64,000 nucleotides of DNA, taken from assembly GCA_900617105.1 (NCBI GenBank), contig UYFQ01000710.1:1-64000 (forward strand), in the 5' to 3' direction. Under the pieces are notes generated by a model, which did not search any database, was not told where the DNA came from, and saw only the letters and a list, made by a program, of their open reading frames with translations. The DNA comes from Hydrurus foetidus (lineage: Eukaryota). The position numbers were made by a program, and so were the translations under genes. Shown here one piece after another: positions 27,080 through 38,480 of this stretch. Positions within the stretch are counted from its first letter, which is position 1; the number at the start of each line of letters is the position of its first letter.

Positions 27080-29084
27080 CTTCAACTTCAACTTGAAATT
27101 AAATAGAGAAAAAGATTCAAGTCGGAGCGATTACAAGAACGATGAATGTGACATTAGAGACGTGAGACAATGCGAGATGAGATTGCTTTGGGCATTCCAA
27201 TTTGCACAGAGTGCATGAGTCTGTCCTCTATCTCTCGCTCTAACTCATCTGTCCTGTCCTGTCCCGTCCAGCCTCAACTAGACCTGCGCTCTTTCTCATA
27301 AGATAGGTTCTGACTGTTTCTGCTGACACAGCAACTATTTGGTTTGCAAGTCATGTAAGGATTCGAATTGAAAGGGGGAAAATGAGGCATGTACGCACTG
27401 CAATGTCTACTCAATACTGTACTATGCTGGACATGATGTAAGCTGATTTCCTTAATGTTCCCGACACAACATTCTGAGAGAGCTGTGGTACACCGCATTA
27501 TGAATTCCTCATACACTTCATCTTGGTGAAAGATAAAATATACCCTCAAATGTGACCACACTTCATCCCACATAACATCACTCCACCTCATCTCCTCTCA
27601 CCTCACATTCGACACGTCACCACATCTCACCCCAAACCACATCATCTCACATAAGCTAGATTTACCCCACCTAACCCAATACAACAACACTTTATCTCGA
27701 TCTGTACACCGTGCCGCACTCTCAGTTGATGGTATCGTACGTACACTACCGACACATGAGACTGCACGCGATTTAATTTTATTTTCTAATTAGCATGTTT
27801 TACTTTAACTGGTCTAGTCAGTGAGGATGGCACCCCTATAATGTTGAATTGATTTATCGCAACGTCTCTCCGACCCGATCTCGACTTCCCCTGCCGCAAT
27901 ATTCTTTTGCTCTGCACCATGTTGAGCGCAATAATTATATTTCGTCGTATATTTTGTAAGACTTAGTGTATTTTTAGCTTAAACTCACGTTTTATTTGGT
28001 TTTATATGAGTGATGCGACACTGCACGACAGTCTGTCTGAGAGAGCTCGGGTGATAATCAGCGAGATACACACGGTGCGATCCATTCCAACCGTCACTGC
28101 TCTGCCGAAGTCATCGCGGAGCATAGCATCTGTACTGAAGGAAAATCAGTTGAGCTGTGACGATTGAATCCAATCGGATGAATAGAAACAGAATAGTGGC
28201 GTGCTTTTTGTGGACCGATACACATGCGTCACTCATTGTCATGCGACCTGAACCGAGTCAGCGTTGACGTCTGTGATTATGGAGAGGGATATGGATGGAA
28301 AGGTCTCTACCTCTCTGAGTCTTTGCTCCTCAAAAAAATAGAGTAGGGTGAGTGATGATACGGGGTCGAAAGGACTTACAAGAATGTGCGGAATGGCACG
28401 GTATCAAGGCGTGCAGGTGTGCACATATGCGCCCCGTGTCATCTCATACCATATCGCCAACAGAGTGATGGGTGCTACCACCCTAATCCACACAATTCAA
28501 TCAATGCGTCTGGGCAATCGTATAACTTAACTTTGCTTGTCCCCGCCATTTGAGTAAGGGGACTTTGGAAACAGCAAGAGAGTAGTCTGAGGATGGAAAG
28601 AAGTGTCGGAAAGAAGTGTCGGAACGACCTATTTAAACGCTAGTTATTATGTTGACACTATGTACACGTGGATAAGGTAGAGCAGAGGAGGGTAAATTGT
28701 GCGGAAATAGAGAGCAAAATGGTGGGAGGAAGCATGAACATGTACAGAAGTATGTCGAGTTGATTGATTGAGCGGTGCGGAAGGCAGAAAATTCCGAGGT
28801 GGTATGTGTCATTTCTATCTCGCCTGTTAGTCCTACTGTGTCGTATCGTATCGTAAATATCTTGTGAACTCCATGCAAGAGGTGAGGTGAATGGAGTGTG
28901 GTGTTGTAGTCTTGGATACAGGATAGAATGGGATGGATAGAAGGGGTGGATGAGATATGATGGGGTAGTGAGGTGGGTGAGTGCCTGTTAGCCATCCGAG
29001 CAAATCGATCTGTTGAACAGTGCAGGACGAACTAACATGCACTGAAGTAGAGAAGAGAACAGAAGGGATAAAAGGGGGTGCGGT

Positions 29085-32000
29085 CTACGCTAGTGCTTCA
29101 GAATTCTGACCCCCTAAACCCTTCAGCCAGGAGGGCAAAGAGATGCCTGCAGCTTCCGCCATGCCTGAAAGAGGCACCCCTCTAGCGGAGAAGAAGGAAC
29201 GTAGGGAATCTTCGAAATCTTCAGGGGACACAGACGACCCTCCTCTCCGTGCTGTGCGAATAGCAGCTGAGAAATGGTTGATATCATTAAGTTAGGGAGG
29301 ATGGATAGATTGAAGAAGGTACTCAGAAAGATTTAACATGTGGGTGTAATGATATGACTTAGGGAGGACATTGGTGGTGGAAAAGATAGATGTAGGCAGA
29401 TGAAAGTGGAGGAGAGTTCTACATTCGGATTGGGCATGGCACTGCGTTAGTAGACTGACGTCAGAGCACAGATGACGTATGCGTTTATGCAGATGATGAA
29501 GAGTGAAGAGAAAACAGGAAGTTGAGGGTCAAGGGGATAGCAAGGGACGCGGACAGAAGTAGAAAAATGATGAGAACGAGAATTCAACTGAGGAAGAAGG
29601 ATAACAGGCCTGTAGACATGTGTCTAAAATAGGTGATACAGCGAGTGTTCCATCTAAGGAGTAACGCTTCGTACCTTCGTTTGAGATAGCGCTTAGATCA
29701 GCACCGCACGTCCCAGGGGTGAGTCGAGCAATCCTGTATGATGTTGCCATTCGATTAAATGAGAAGGAATGAGGAAATATGAGATTAGATGATATGAGAT
29801 GGGTGTTGAGTGCTGTTAGGGTGTGGGGGCACACAGTCGTGACGAGTGATGAGGGTCAGAGCATCCTCTCATGAGAAGTGGCAGGGGAGACAGAGTTACA
29901 TCGACTCTGCTCTGCTCTAGGGGAATTTCATGATTTCCCTCCCTCCCTCCTTCCGTATGTTCTTCAACTCATACCAATCTACCCTCCTTAAGACATCCCG
30001 TCAGTTCATTTATCTTCTTACTCTACCCCACTCTCCCCTCCCTCCCTCCCTCCCTCCCACCTTCCTTCCATTCCTCAATCCAACCTCACATCTATGCATC
30101 CACCAACTCAACTCAGCTCAACTCAACTCAACTCACCTGTCAAGATCCACCTCGGCTGCTAGTTTGAGCTTCTTCGTGTGCACCAGCAGAATCGCATTTC
30201 TGCCCTCTCTGTCTGGGAGAGGACATTGCACGATGCGGTCAAATCGACCAGATCGGAGCAGGGCGGGATCGAGCAATTCAAATCTGAGGGAGAAGAGGGG
30301 GAGAGATGAGAGGATACACATACATGATCCAATTTTGTCTGTCTGATGTCATTTAATAATATCACATCATCTACATTATCTCATAAACAATTATATCATT
30401 GACAATTATCTCATCCATCACTCATCATCGTTATCATCACATCTCATATGAAAAAGATATGTGGCACTACTCTCTCAGTAACATCTACTCCACTCCACTA
30501 TACTCCACTCCATTCTACTTCTCTCTACTCTACTCCGCTCCACACTACTCTTCGCTAATACACACACCTGTTTGTGGCTGCCATAACGATGACTCCATTG
30601 TTGCTGGTGTCCAAGCCGTCCATGCAGGTGAGGATTTGATTCAAAGTATTCTCCTGCTCGCTGTTCATCGATCCCATACGACGCGACCTGAAAGAAAGGT
30701 AGAAAAGAGGCAGAAAAAGACGTAGAGAAAGAGGTTGAAAAGGGGGTGGAGAGGGAGGTAGAGAGGTTAAGAGGTAGGTCTGCGATGTGACTGCAGGTGT
30801 TGGCATGACACGGCATGATATATGTATGCGGCAGTATTTGTCTATGCCGCATCTACTATCGCCTATAATCATTTTGAATTATCATTTCTTAGAGCATGCC
30901 GAGGAAACTAAAAGCTGTTACCCTCCCCTTGTGCTACTCATCACTACACATATTTGCTCCGCATGTTCCTGGTGCTATACTAGAGGACATCAGTGCTCCG
31001 CAGATTCAATGCCGTTGAGAGTTGTGCAGTGCAGTGCAGTGCAGTGACGTGCAGTGCACTGCAGTGACGTATGTCTTCAAGCTATCGCATTGTAACGTCA
31101 TCCAGAAACTCTTCCTAACTACTCTAAATTCCTTCCTTTCTCTTTCTCTTTCTGTTTCTCTCGCTCACCTGCCGATTGAGTCTATCTCGTCAATGAACAC
31201 GATGCAGGGCGCTGGAAGTAAAAAGAGAGTAAAATGGTAGGGAAAGCGGACTAAAGTGAGAAAGAGGAGGGAGAACGCAAAAGTGCAGTGCCATAGCACG
31301 AGATTAATGCACACCACAACGATTGCGTGAATAACTCTCATGCAAATAACACCGTAAACTAAGTGCACACGTACTCCACATGTGACACTTACCATTCTCA
31401 GCCGCTTGCTTGAATAATTTTCGCACTCTTGCTGGACCTCTGCCTACGAACACCTCCACAAAGTCGCTTGCGGAGCATGCGTAGAAAGGCACTCCAGCTT
31501 CTGCCGCTGCTACTCGCGCTAGCAAAGTTTTTCCTAAATGAGAAATAAAGATGGAAATGTGATGATTGAAAAGGAGCAGTATTAAGTGGAGGTGAGGTGA
31601 GGTGAGGTGAGATGGAGTAAGGTGATGTCGAATGGGGCGTGATACAGTGAGGTGATATGTGATTGAGTGAAATTGTGTGTGTGAAGAGCTGAAAGGGAAT
31701 GAAAGGGATTTCTACTGCGTCGTATCATCAAAGATGTGAAACCGCTGTGCAACAGACCAAACACATTGTTCCACTATAAAATATCTTGAACGTCTCAACC
31801 ATCTATGCTCAGTCAAAAACAAGTCTCCCTCTCATACCCTGTCAAAACTACAGCGACTCCACACGATACGGCACAACACACAGAACAACTCAATCCTAGC
31901 ACATTCCGTCACAGTCACTCTATCATTAGCCACCAGAACTTGACGGTATCTCAAGGAGTGTCTGACAAAGGAGAAACTTTCTTTCTGCCTTGCGCTCCTT

Positions 32001-33240
32001 CCTTTACATTCTCTGCACATTCAGTGTGGCAGCATAGAGAAGTCTGTGTTGAGCTCCGTAATCTCTCCGTCCCGTCCCATTCATCCTTGCCCCGACACTC
32101 ATTACTACAGAAGATTATTCCGGTGATTTTCTGGATAACTGTCAACCTTTTTAATGTGTAGACGCTAAATGCTCGACGAGTTATTCTTTCTTGTTTTTAC
32201 TGTTCTCCCCTTTTTCCTCTTTCCTTACCTGTTCCAGGTGGCCCCACAAGCAATACTCCCGATGGCAGTCTCGCCCCTACAGTGAGATACTTCTCAGGGG
32301 CTTGAAGCATTTCGCAGACTTCCTTCACTTCTAGCTTTGCCCTCTCCTGCCCTGCCACGTCTTCGAAACTCAGCTTTCCGTAAGCATCCAGTTCACCAGC
32401 TTTGTCCTTCCTTTTCCCCGCCCCTTCATCCTGAGGCCCTTGCATCATTTTTGAGGATATGTTCCACAAGAAAGCTGCGTATGCGAACGTCCATAAAAGT
32501 CCAAGTACATTGGTTGGTGCAGGCAAAGCAGCGAAGTCAACTCCTGACGCCAGCAAGGTGTTCATAACAGCGGGATCCAATGTTACCATACGAGTGAGAG
32601 CACTCTTCCCATCAAGCCGGAACATGAAGGCGCTAGGAGTTACTCGCAGACCAGCGACCCGTTCTGGAGCAACAGTGAGCAGGCTTAGGAATGTGGTGAA
32701 GGACAGCTCTGTCGTTAGAGATTTTGTGAAAGCCATGTATCTCGTAATCCCAAAGGTTACGAACGCGATCGACATTTGGAACCAGAATTTCCTTTGCTTC
32801 ACAAGTGCTGACAAATTTGCAATAAGTTTAGTCCCTCTTTTGTTATTCGCGTTGGCCTTATCCTTCTTGCTACCGTTCTTAGGACCGCCACCGAAAACGT
32901 TCAGAACAGCACCTACAGCTGAAGCAACACCCAAAGCCATTTTCAAGGAATTCAGCTTGATAACTACAACAGTAAGCATTATCATTCTCTTAATAAATCC
33001 AAGTGGTCCAGGTTTTATGGGCGAAGGTTCTGGTGGATTTATGATGGAGCTGTACAACTTAAAAGACTCCCCTGATCTCATTATGACTTTCGGTTGATGT
33101 ATAGACCTGAATGCAGACTTTGAAGAACCAGATGAGGATCTAAGGTTGATAAGTGTCCGTGGTGTCAGAAGTGCCATTGACTCCATCGATATTGTTGAGA
33201 TAAGACACGCTGTCAAGATATGACCAGCGAAGAGTACCAT
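29085..33240 (-). CDS. FtsH-family membrane AAA+ ATPase lacking the C-terminal M41 peptidase domain (7 exons), probably plastid-targeted
   Basis: [15 protein letters not shown], Walker A GPPGTG|KT, pore loop FVEVFVGRG, Walker [67 protein letters not shown]. Stop ~60 aa later. Two hydrophobic TM segments. Confidence 0.88.
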
Positions 33241-34265
33241 GTTGTAAGAACTTTTAAATCAAGACAAATTGTTTCCTGCAATTTCCACTTCCTGAGATAA
33301 CGAAAAGAAGTTGGCGCTTCCCCCACTCACAAGTGAATCACCGCAATCGCTCGGAGTTCGTGATGATGTGTTTTTTCTCTTGCCGTAGGTGAAGCAGCAG
33401 TGGTTTTGTGACTTGGTTATTTGCCAGCAGTAGGGGTCTGCGCAATGATACAGAACACGATTTCTTCCGAAGAGTTGAGTTCGAGTTCCAGTGCAAGTTC
33501 TTCATGTATCTATGTACGTACTATATGTGGGGTATGGGATTTGGGACTAGTACGGCAGGATGATGACTAATGTCTACGATCTGCACTTCGTTGCAACTTC
33601 TTGATAAACTTTCGTTGATACTCGTGTTTTCATTTCAGGGAAAGACTTTCTAACGAGAATTGTCTAAGTGATGTTTGTTTTCAATTATACTCAAGTAGTA
33701 AGGGATATTTCCTACCAGCGTATCGATGTACTTGATGCTACAGAGTAAATAGGGTAATTCAGGAAGCATTTACTCGCCATCATTATCAAATTTACTTACT
33801 ATAGATACGCAATCTAGGAGGGATATGCAGTTGATTATAATAATGAATCGCAACGCGATTGTTTTAGTCGATAATCATGCCCGTATTCTGAGAATTCTCA
33901 GTCAAAGATGTCAAGATTCTGTGTTTTCAGCCCGACGCAAAGTGTAATGAGAGCGCCATCGGGGCTTGCGGAGTAGAACTCCTGAGATAAGCTGCAATAA
34001 ATTGCGGCGCTGTTACCAATCCAGCGCTGATATTGGATGCACCGTTGATGAGTTGCTCAAAAGGTTTGAAGATCGAAACGAGCATCACTGGGTTATCATT
34101 CTTCGTCTTCGTTATCATTCTACGGGTGCCACCCTTCTAAGTCAATCGACATTAGCCACGCCAGTGAGACTGATCGACGTCAGATTGCAGCTGGTGTGAT
34201 GGAAGTTGAACGCGCGATACTGGTGTGAGTATGTGTCCCCTGGTTGCGGCGTCCATCATCGTTTC

Positions 34266-34808
34266 TTAATCAATCTGTGCAGTCACTAACTCCTCAAAGA
34301 ATGGACTGCTAGACATTAGCTCTGAAGGCTTGACAGTTTTGCCTGAGTATTCTTTCATCACAGCCTTCACATTGACAGTGGCGAATTTCACCGCCTTTTT
34401 TCCATCAGGAACATCATCTGGATGCTGCTCAAACGAGTGGACGTAATGAAACCATTTGTCGTCCGTGATTTTCAATGTGCTAATGACTATATACTCCCGC
34501 ATAGGCAAAATTGGTTTGTGGTAGATCGCTGTTTGTTCCGCGACAACAAGCAATGCCTTCCTCCTTAAAAGGACCGAAAGTATATCAAGTTCAGTGAACA
34601 TTCTCCAACGGTTTAGTTCAGCAACTGTTACCAACGAAGCGTTATTCATGTGACCGAAGGCTGTATCAATAGGAAAACAACGGAATGTAGCTGTAACAGA
34701 ATTGATTCTTTCACCCGCTTTCTTCTTTTGCGCTATCAGACCATGTTTGTTATGCACGGCTCCGAGAAACAGCTGTTGCACTATGCGCAGTCGGTGTAAA
34801 ATCATCAT
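34266..34808 (-). CDS. Hotdog-fold thioesterase-like protein (4HBT/THEM6-like)
   Basis: FRCFPIDTAFGHMNNASLVTVAELNRW...YHKPILP matches the D-x-x-x-H-M-N-N thioesterase motif. Confidence 0.8.
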   Translation of the reverse strand: MMILHRLRIVQQLFLGAVHNKHGLIAQKKKAGERINSVTATFRCFPIDTAFGHMNNASLVTVAELNRWRMFTELDILSVLLRRKALLVVAEQTAIYHKPILPMREYIVISTLKITDDKWFHYVHSFEQHPDDVPDGKKAVKFATVNVKAVMKEYSGKTVKPSELMSSSPFFEELVTAQID

Positions 34809-36153
34809 GATTGCTTCGAAAACAAATAACTAGTGCTTTTCAAAACCGCAGGAGCGATGAGCCTACCTAAAGTTACAATGAAGTAAGGGTATCATTTGAC
34901 AGAAGGATGAGCAAGTCACAGCTGGTCAGCTGGTGCGCTGGTGCGACTTCAGACTTCAGACTTCAGACATACGTTACTTTCTACCACTAACAGTCTACAG
35001 AGTGAACATAGAACATAGTTATACTAAACGAGAGTGTGCAATTGGAGATAATTTTTGATGGAATCACGTCTATCTATTTTTCATCTGGAATGCCGACTAA
35101 TCAATTCACTTCTCTAAACTGAGATTATAAAATCGGTAAACAAAAGTAGTGGAGCACTACTTTCGGCAATAAAAACCAGAATGAAGAAACAACATCTCAT
35201 TGTGGAAGTAGTCACCGCTTTTTTGGAAAAATTATAAGCAAACAAAAACTGTAAATATCACATCTACGTTGAGCTTTGAGTAATTCATATTTCTTGGAAC
35301 GATGAACCTTGGAGGGTAACTATGATTACTGAACCCATAGATCAACCTCGAAAAAAGAGCATACTCGAATGATTTTAACAGCAGCGCGAGGACTCGTGAA
35401 GATACCATAACCTTTTCGCAGATTCTGTTGTGGGGAGTCTTGCATCCTCTCCCAAGCTGGAGCAGAGAGTGGCTTTCCGGACCCTTCTGCGCTTTCTCCT
35501 GAGAAGCTGAGTGTGGGCTGCCTACGGTACGACCAAGTACTGCACATTATAGCAGCTGGATACATGTGACTTCATCTGCAGTCGCAGTGCATATAAAGTC
35601 ATACCATTTGGGTCGTGTGAAGTGCATTGTGAAGTACTCGAAAAGTGTCCCTCACACATGCAGTTAAAGTTAGTAAAATTTTATCAAGCCAAAAATATAA
35701 TCAGTTTCGTCTTGCAATCGTAGTAGATGATCGCCGATTGTCAGAGAATGCCTTTTGCAAAAGAAACTTCAACACATTTGGTGAGAAACCTATCCGCTGA
35801 GAAACCTACCCTCATTCCTCTTACTCCTCATTCCACAACCCACACACCCCCAAGGGGTGACGCACGTACTGTATTACGAACGCAGAATAAAAGTAGCAGT
35901 TTCGTACTGAAAAATAGGCCTGCACTGGGGGGGGGGTGCACAACCAAAAGTCTGGAAGGGGGGGGGGTGCGCAAGCAATATGTCATGGAACTATCGGTGA
36001 GTATTATGCAATCTTCCATCTTCCAACTTCTCTAGTCCATCAATTTCACCTGACTGTCGTTGGCTGATAGTTCAAAGTTTGAATATTGGATCGAAATCTC
36101 TTAGAAATTTTCCGCATCTCCTGTTTGTTTCTGCCATTCTTGTGAAACTGAAA

Positions 36154-36935
36154 ATGAAGTTGCAAAAGAAGATCAGCGTTGCAAAGAAGGCAGTGAGGAA
36201 GACAAAGCCAGTTCTGATTCCCACAATCAAGTGGACGATGACTGACAATTTGTGTCTGTTGTATGCTATTTGGGAGATGTGTACTCCTCTTCAGAAGCTG
36301 ATTTTGACGGTAATCCAATTATCAACTTGCATTTAAGGCCAAACCCACCTTCAATTTAGGATGCAATTCTCTCATTATTATCTCCTCTACCCTTTCAGAT
36401 GGACGGGAAGTTGTCATTCGTTGAATCTTTCAAGAAGACCATGAACTTACTGCCCAGTCAGAAGGTTACCAAAGGCATTTCTGCATTGGATGTAAATTTA
36501 TATCTTAGATGGCTTAAATCAGACTTATCTACACGAAACATCAATGCAGAATATGTTTGGAGAAGGGTAAAAAAAGTAGACAAGAGCACTTCTAGAGACT
36601 TCAATGGTGCCAGTGTTTATAAACTAATGAATGGTCGTGTTGGTCAGTACATTCTTTTTGGGAAAGCTAAGTGGAATAATGATGCGCATCGGAAGCAGAT
36701 GAAGAGATTGCGGGCTGCTGGTAATGAACGAATTAGATTCAAATTATACGGCATCATTGCTAACGGAACAAAGCAATCTGATCATGCTGTTGGTGTATTT
36801 ATTCGTGCTGCTGATGAGCATTTACTTTATGACAACTCCATGCGCAACATTTCTTTAAAACTTACTGCGGACAGTTTAGCCAACAAAATGTCTGATGTTA
36901 GCTGCTGCTACATTTTTGATTTGAAATATTTGTAA
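36154..36935 (+). CDS. Putative papain-like cysteine peptidase (Cys-His-Asp), 2 exons 36154-36309 and 36399-36935, ~230 aa
   Basis: A phase-0 intron GTAATC...CCTTTCAG joins two track ORFs. The product has DNLCLLYAI (Cys at a helix start), DHAVGV (His on a strand) and LLYDNS (Asp), plus a basic, NLS-like N-terminus. Confidence 0.6.
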
Positions 36936-37320
36936 TATCAATTAATTATTTTATTCGGGTGAAACCCAATTTTGAAGTCGGACAAGGCCGTATCATGATA
37001 GGAACAACAGTTCTTCGTGCTCTGACCCTTCTGATGTGGTCTTGTCTTAACTAAAAGTTAAAAATTTCAATCGATACATTACTTATCTTGAGCAGGTAAT
37101 TTGCCCATTTTCTATTCAATCAGCTCCATTGAAATGCCAAGTCACCGTGTCATATCACTTATCAACTTTTTTTGAAAGTCACCGTGATTTATGCTTTGTA
37201 TTTACAATATTTGATTACCGCTTTTTACTCTTAACGAAGTAATCATGACTCACCTTCTTCTGATGTCTGTTGTTTCTACTGTGTTGACTATTCTGATGTC
37301 TTTAAGGTATCCGCTCTTCT

Positions 37321-37354
37321 AATCACGGTGACTTCTGAAAAAGTCACCGTGATT
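37321..37354. repeat. Perfect 14-bp hairpin; the AAGTCACCGTG motif also occurs at ~37139 and ~37176
   Basis: AATCACGGTGACTT-ctgaaa-AAGTCACCGTGATT, located between the convergent cargo genes. Confidence 0.85.
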
Positions 37355-37531
37355 TTTTAGTATTAAAGGTAATCTTTCAATAGGCCACGCTATTCTCTCA
37401 CAGTTTCACGCAAATTGCAATTGCCATTGAACTCCTCATGTCTTTTACATGTGTGACTAGTTCGATTTTGCCGTAAAGGTTTCTTTAATTCGAATGTAAC
37501 CTTTTTTTATTTAGTCGAGGGATGTAACGCT

Positions 37532-38035
37532 TCATTTTTCAGTCAAGGGATAGTTAATCGAAACGTCCAAAGTTGAGGGATAGTCAATGGATGAAGCAGA
37601 AATGAATAGTCTGTAATTTTCAATCTGATAATCTGATCCTGCGTGAACCATATCACCTCTGAAGAAAAGCATGCTTGATTTAGGAATGCGTACTTTTTCA
37701 TCTAGTGATCCAACATACAAGAATGTGTTTTCCATCAACGCTATCAATGCAGAGTAGTGGAAGACTTTTAAGTCTTTGAGTCGTTTGGATGATTTTGGAT
37801 CTGGCACGTGATCAGTATGAAGTTTTTGTGCTAGATTACCTTTCTGTGATCTAAGGAGCTTGACGCCGATAGTTTTGCATCCTGGGAAAACAATCTCTAT
37901 CGCTTCGAGCACATCACCGATGATGTCTCTCTCATTGCTAACTTTCTGCATTGTTCTCAAAGGTGGCCCAGCTTCTTCTGAGAAAGTGATTGGCTCTATA
38001 TCTCCTTCAGTGACTAGATGAGGTCTTCTTTGTTC
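37532..38035 (-). CDS. 2-oxoglutarate/Fe(II)-dependent dioxygenase (double-stranded beta-helix, PhyH-like); 5' end uncertain
   Basis: QKLHTD (HxD)...SALIAL...FFRGDMVHAG (distal His)...NYRLF (2OG-binding Arg). The frame stays open upstream of the track start to ~38035 with no in-frame ATG until MQKV. Confidence 0.75.
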   Translation of the reverse strand, partial: EQRRPHLVTEGDIEPITFSEEAGPPLRTMQKVSNERDIIGDVLEAIEIVFPGCKTIGVKLLRSQKGNLAQKLHTDHVPDPKSSKRLKDLKVFHYSALIALMENTFLYVGSLDEKVRIPKSSMLFFRGDMVHAGSDYQIENYRLFISASSIDYPSTLDVSINYPLTEK

Positions 38036-38480
38036 TCACTATATTCATGTCGTGCACCCCCACCCTTCCACACTTCGAAGTGAGTGTGTACCCCCCCTTG
38101 TCCACGATTTCAGTGCGAAACTGCTACTTTTATTCTGCGGTCGTAATACCTGTTCGATCGGTGGTGGACTGTCGTTTCATCTGTTTGTTAGGCCGGTCCT
38201 TATGGGAGTCGGATTTCACGAAAGTCGGAATCGGATTTCAAGAAAATTTCCGATCGACCCAAGGTTTTTCGATTTTTTCGATTTTCGACCGAGTTGGAAT
38301 CGGAAATACGTCCCATACAAGAATTGAAATCCTCGAATCCTCAAATCCTCAAATCCTCAATTGTCGACGTTTGAGGATTCCTCGAACACTCGACATACGG
38401 ACACTACCATTACAACGTCGACATCCTGAGCAATCATTCAAACACTCATTTGAATTTCAGCTTTGCACACATTCTATCCT

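Larger units (their letters stand above)
35871..38149. mobile_element. TIR-bounded, transposase-less element (~2.28 kb) carrying two convergent cargo genes
   Basis: 35871-35912 and the reverse complement of 38108-38149 match at 40/42 nt (GTATTACGA(A/C)CGCAGAATAAAAGTAGCAGTTTCG(T/C)ACTGAAA). Weaker similarity with G-runs extends to ~100 bp. The TSD is ambiguous (CT flanking both ends, or TA just inside). Confidence 0.8.

Noticed and set aside
37532..37960. Firm TET/JBP assignment for the dioxygenase
   Set aside because: Only generic HxD...H...R ligands are visible; the subfamily cannot be assigned without profile searches.
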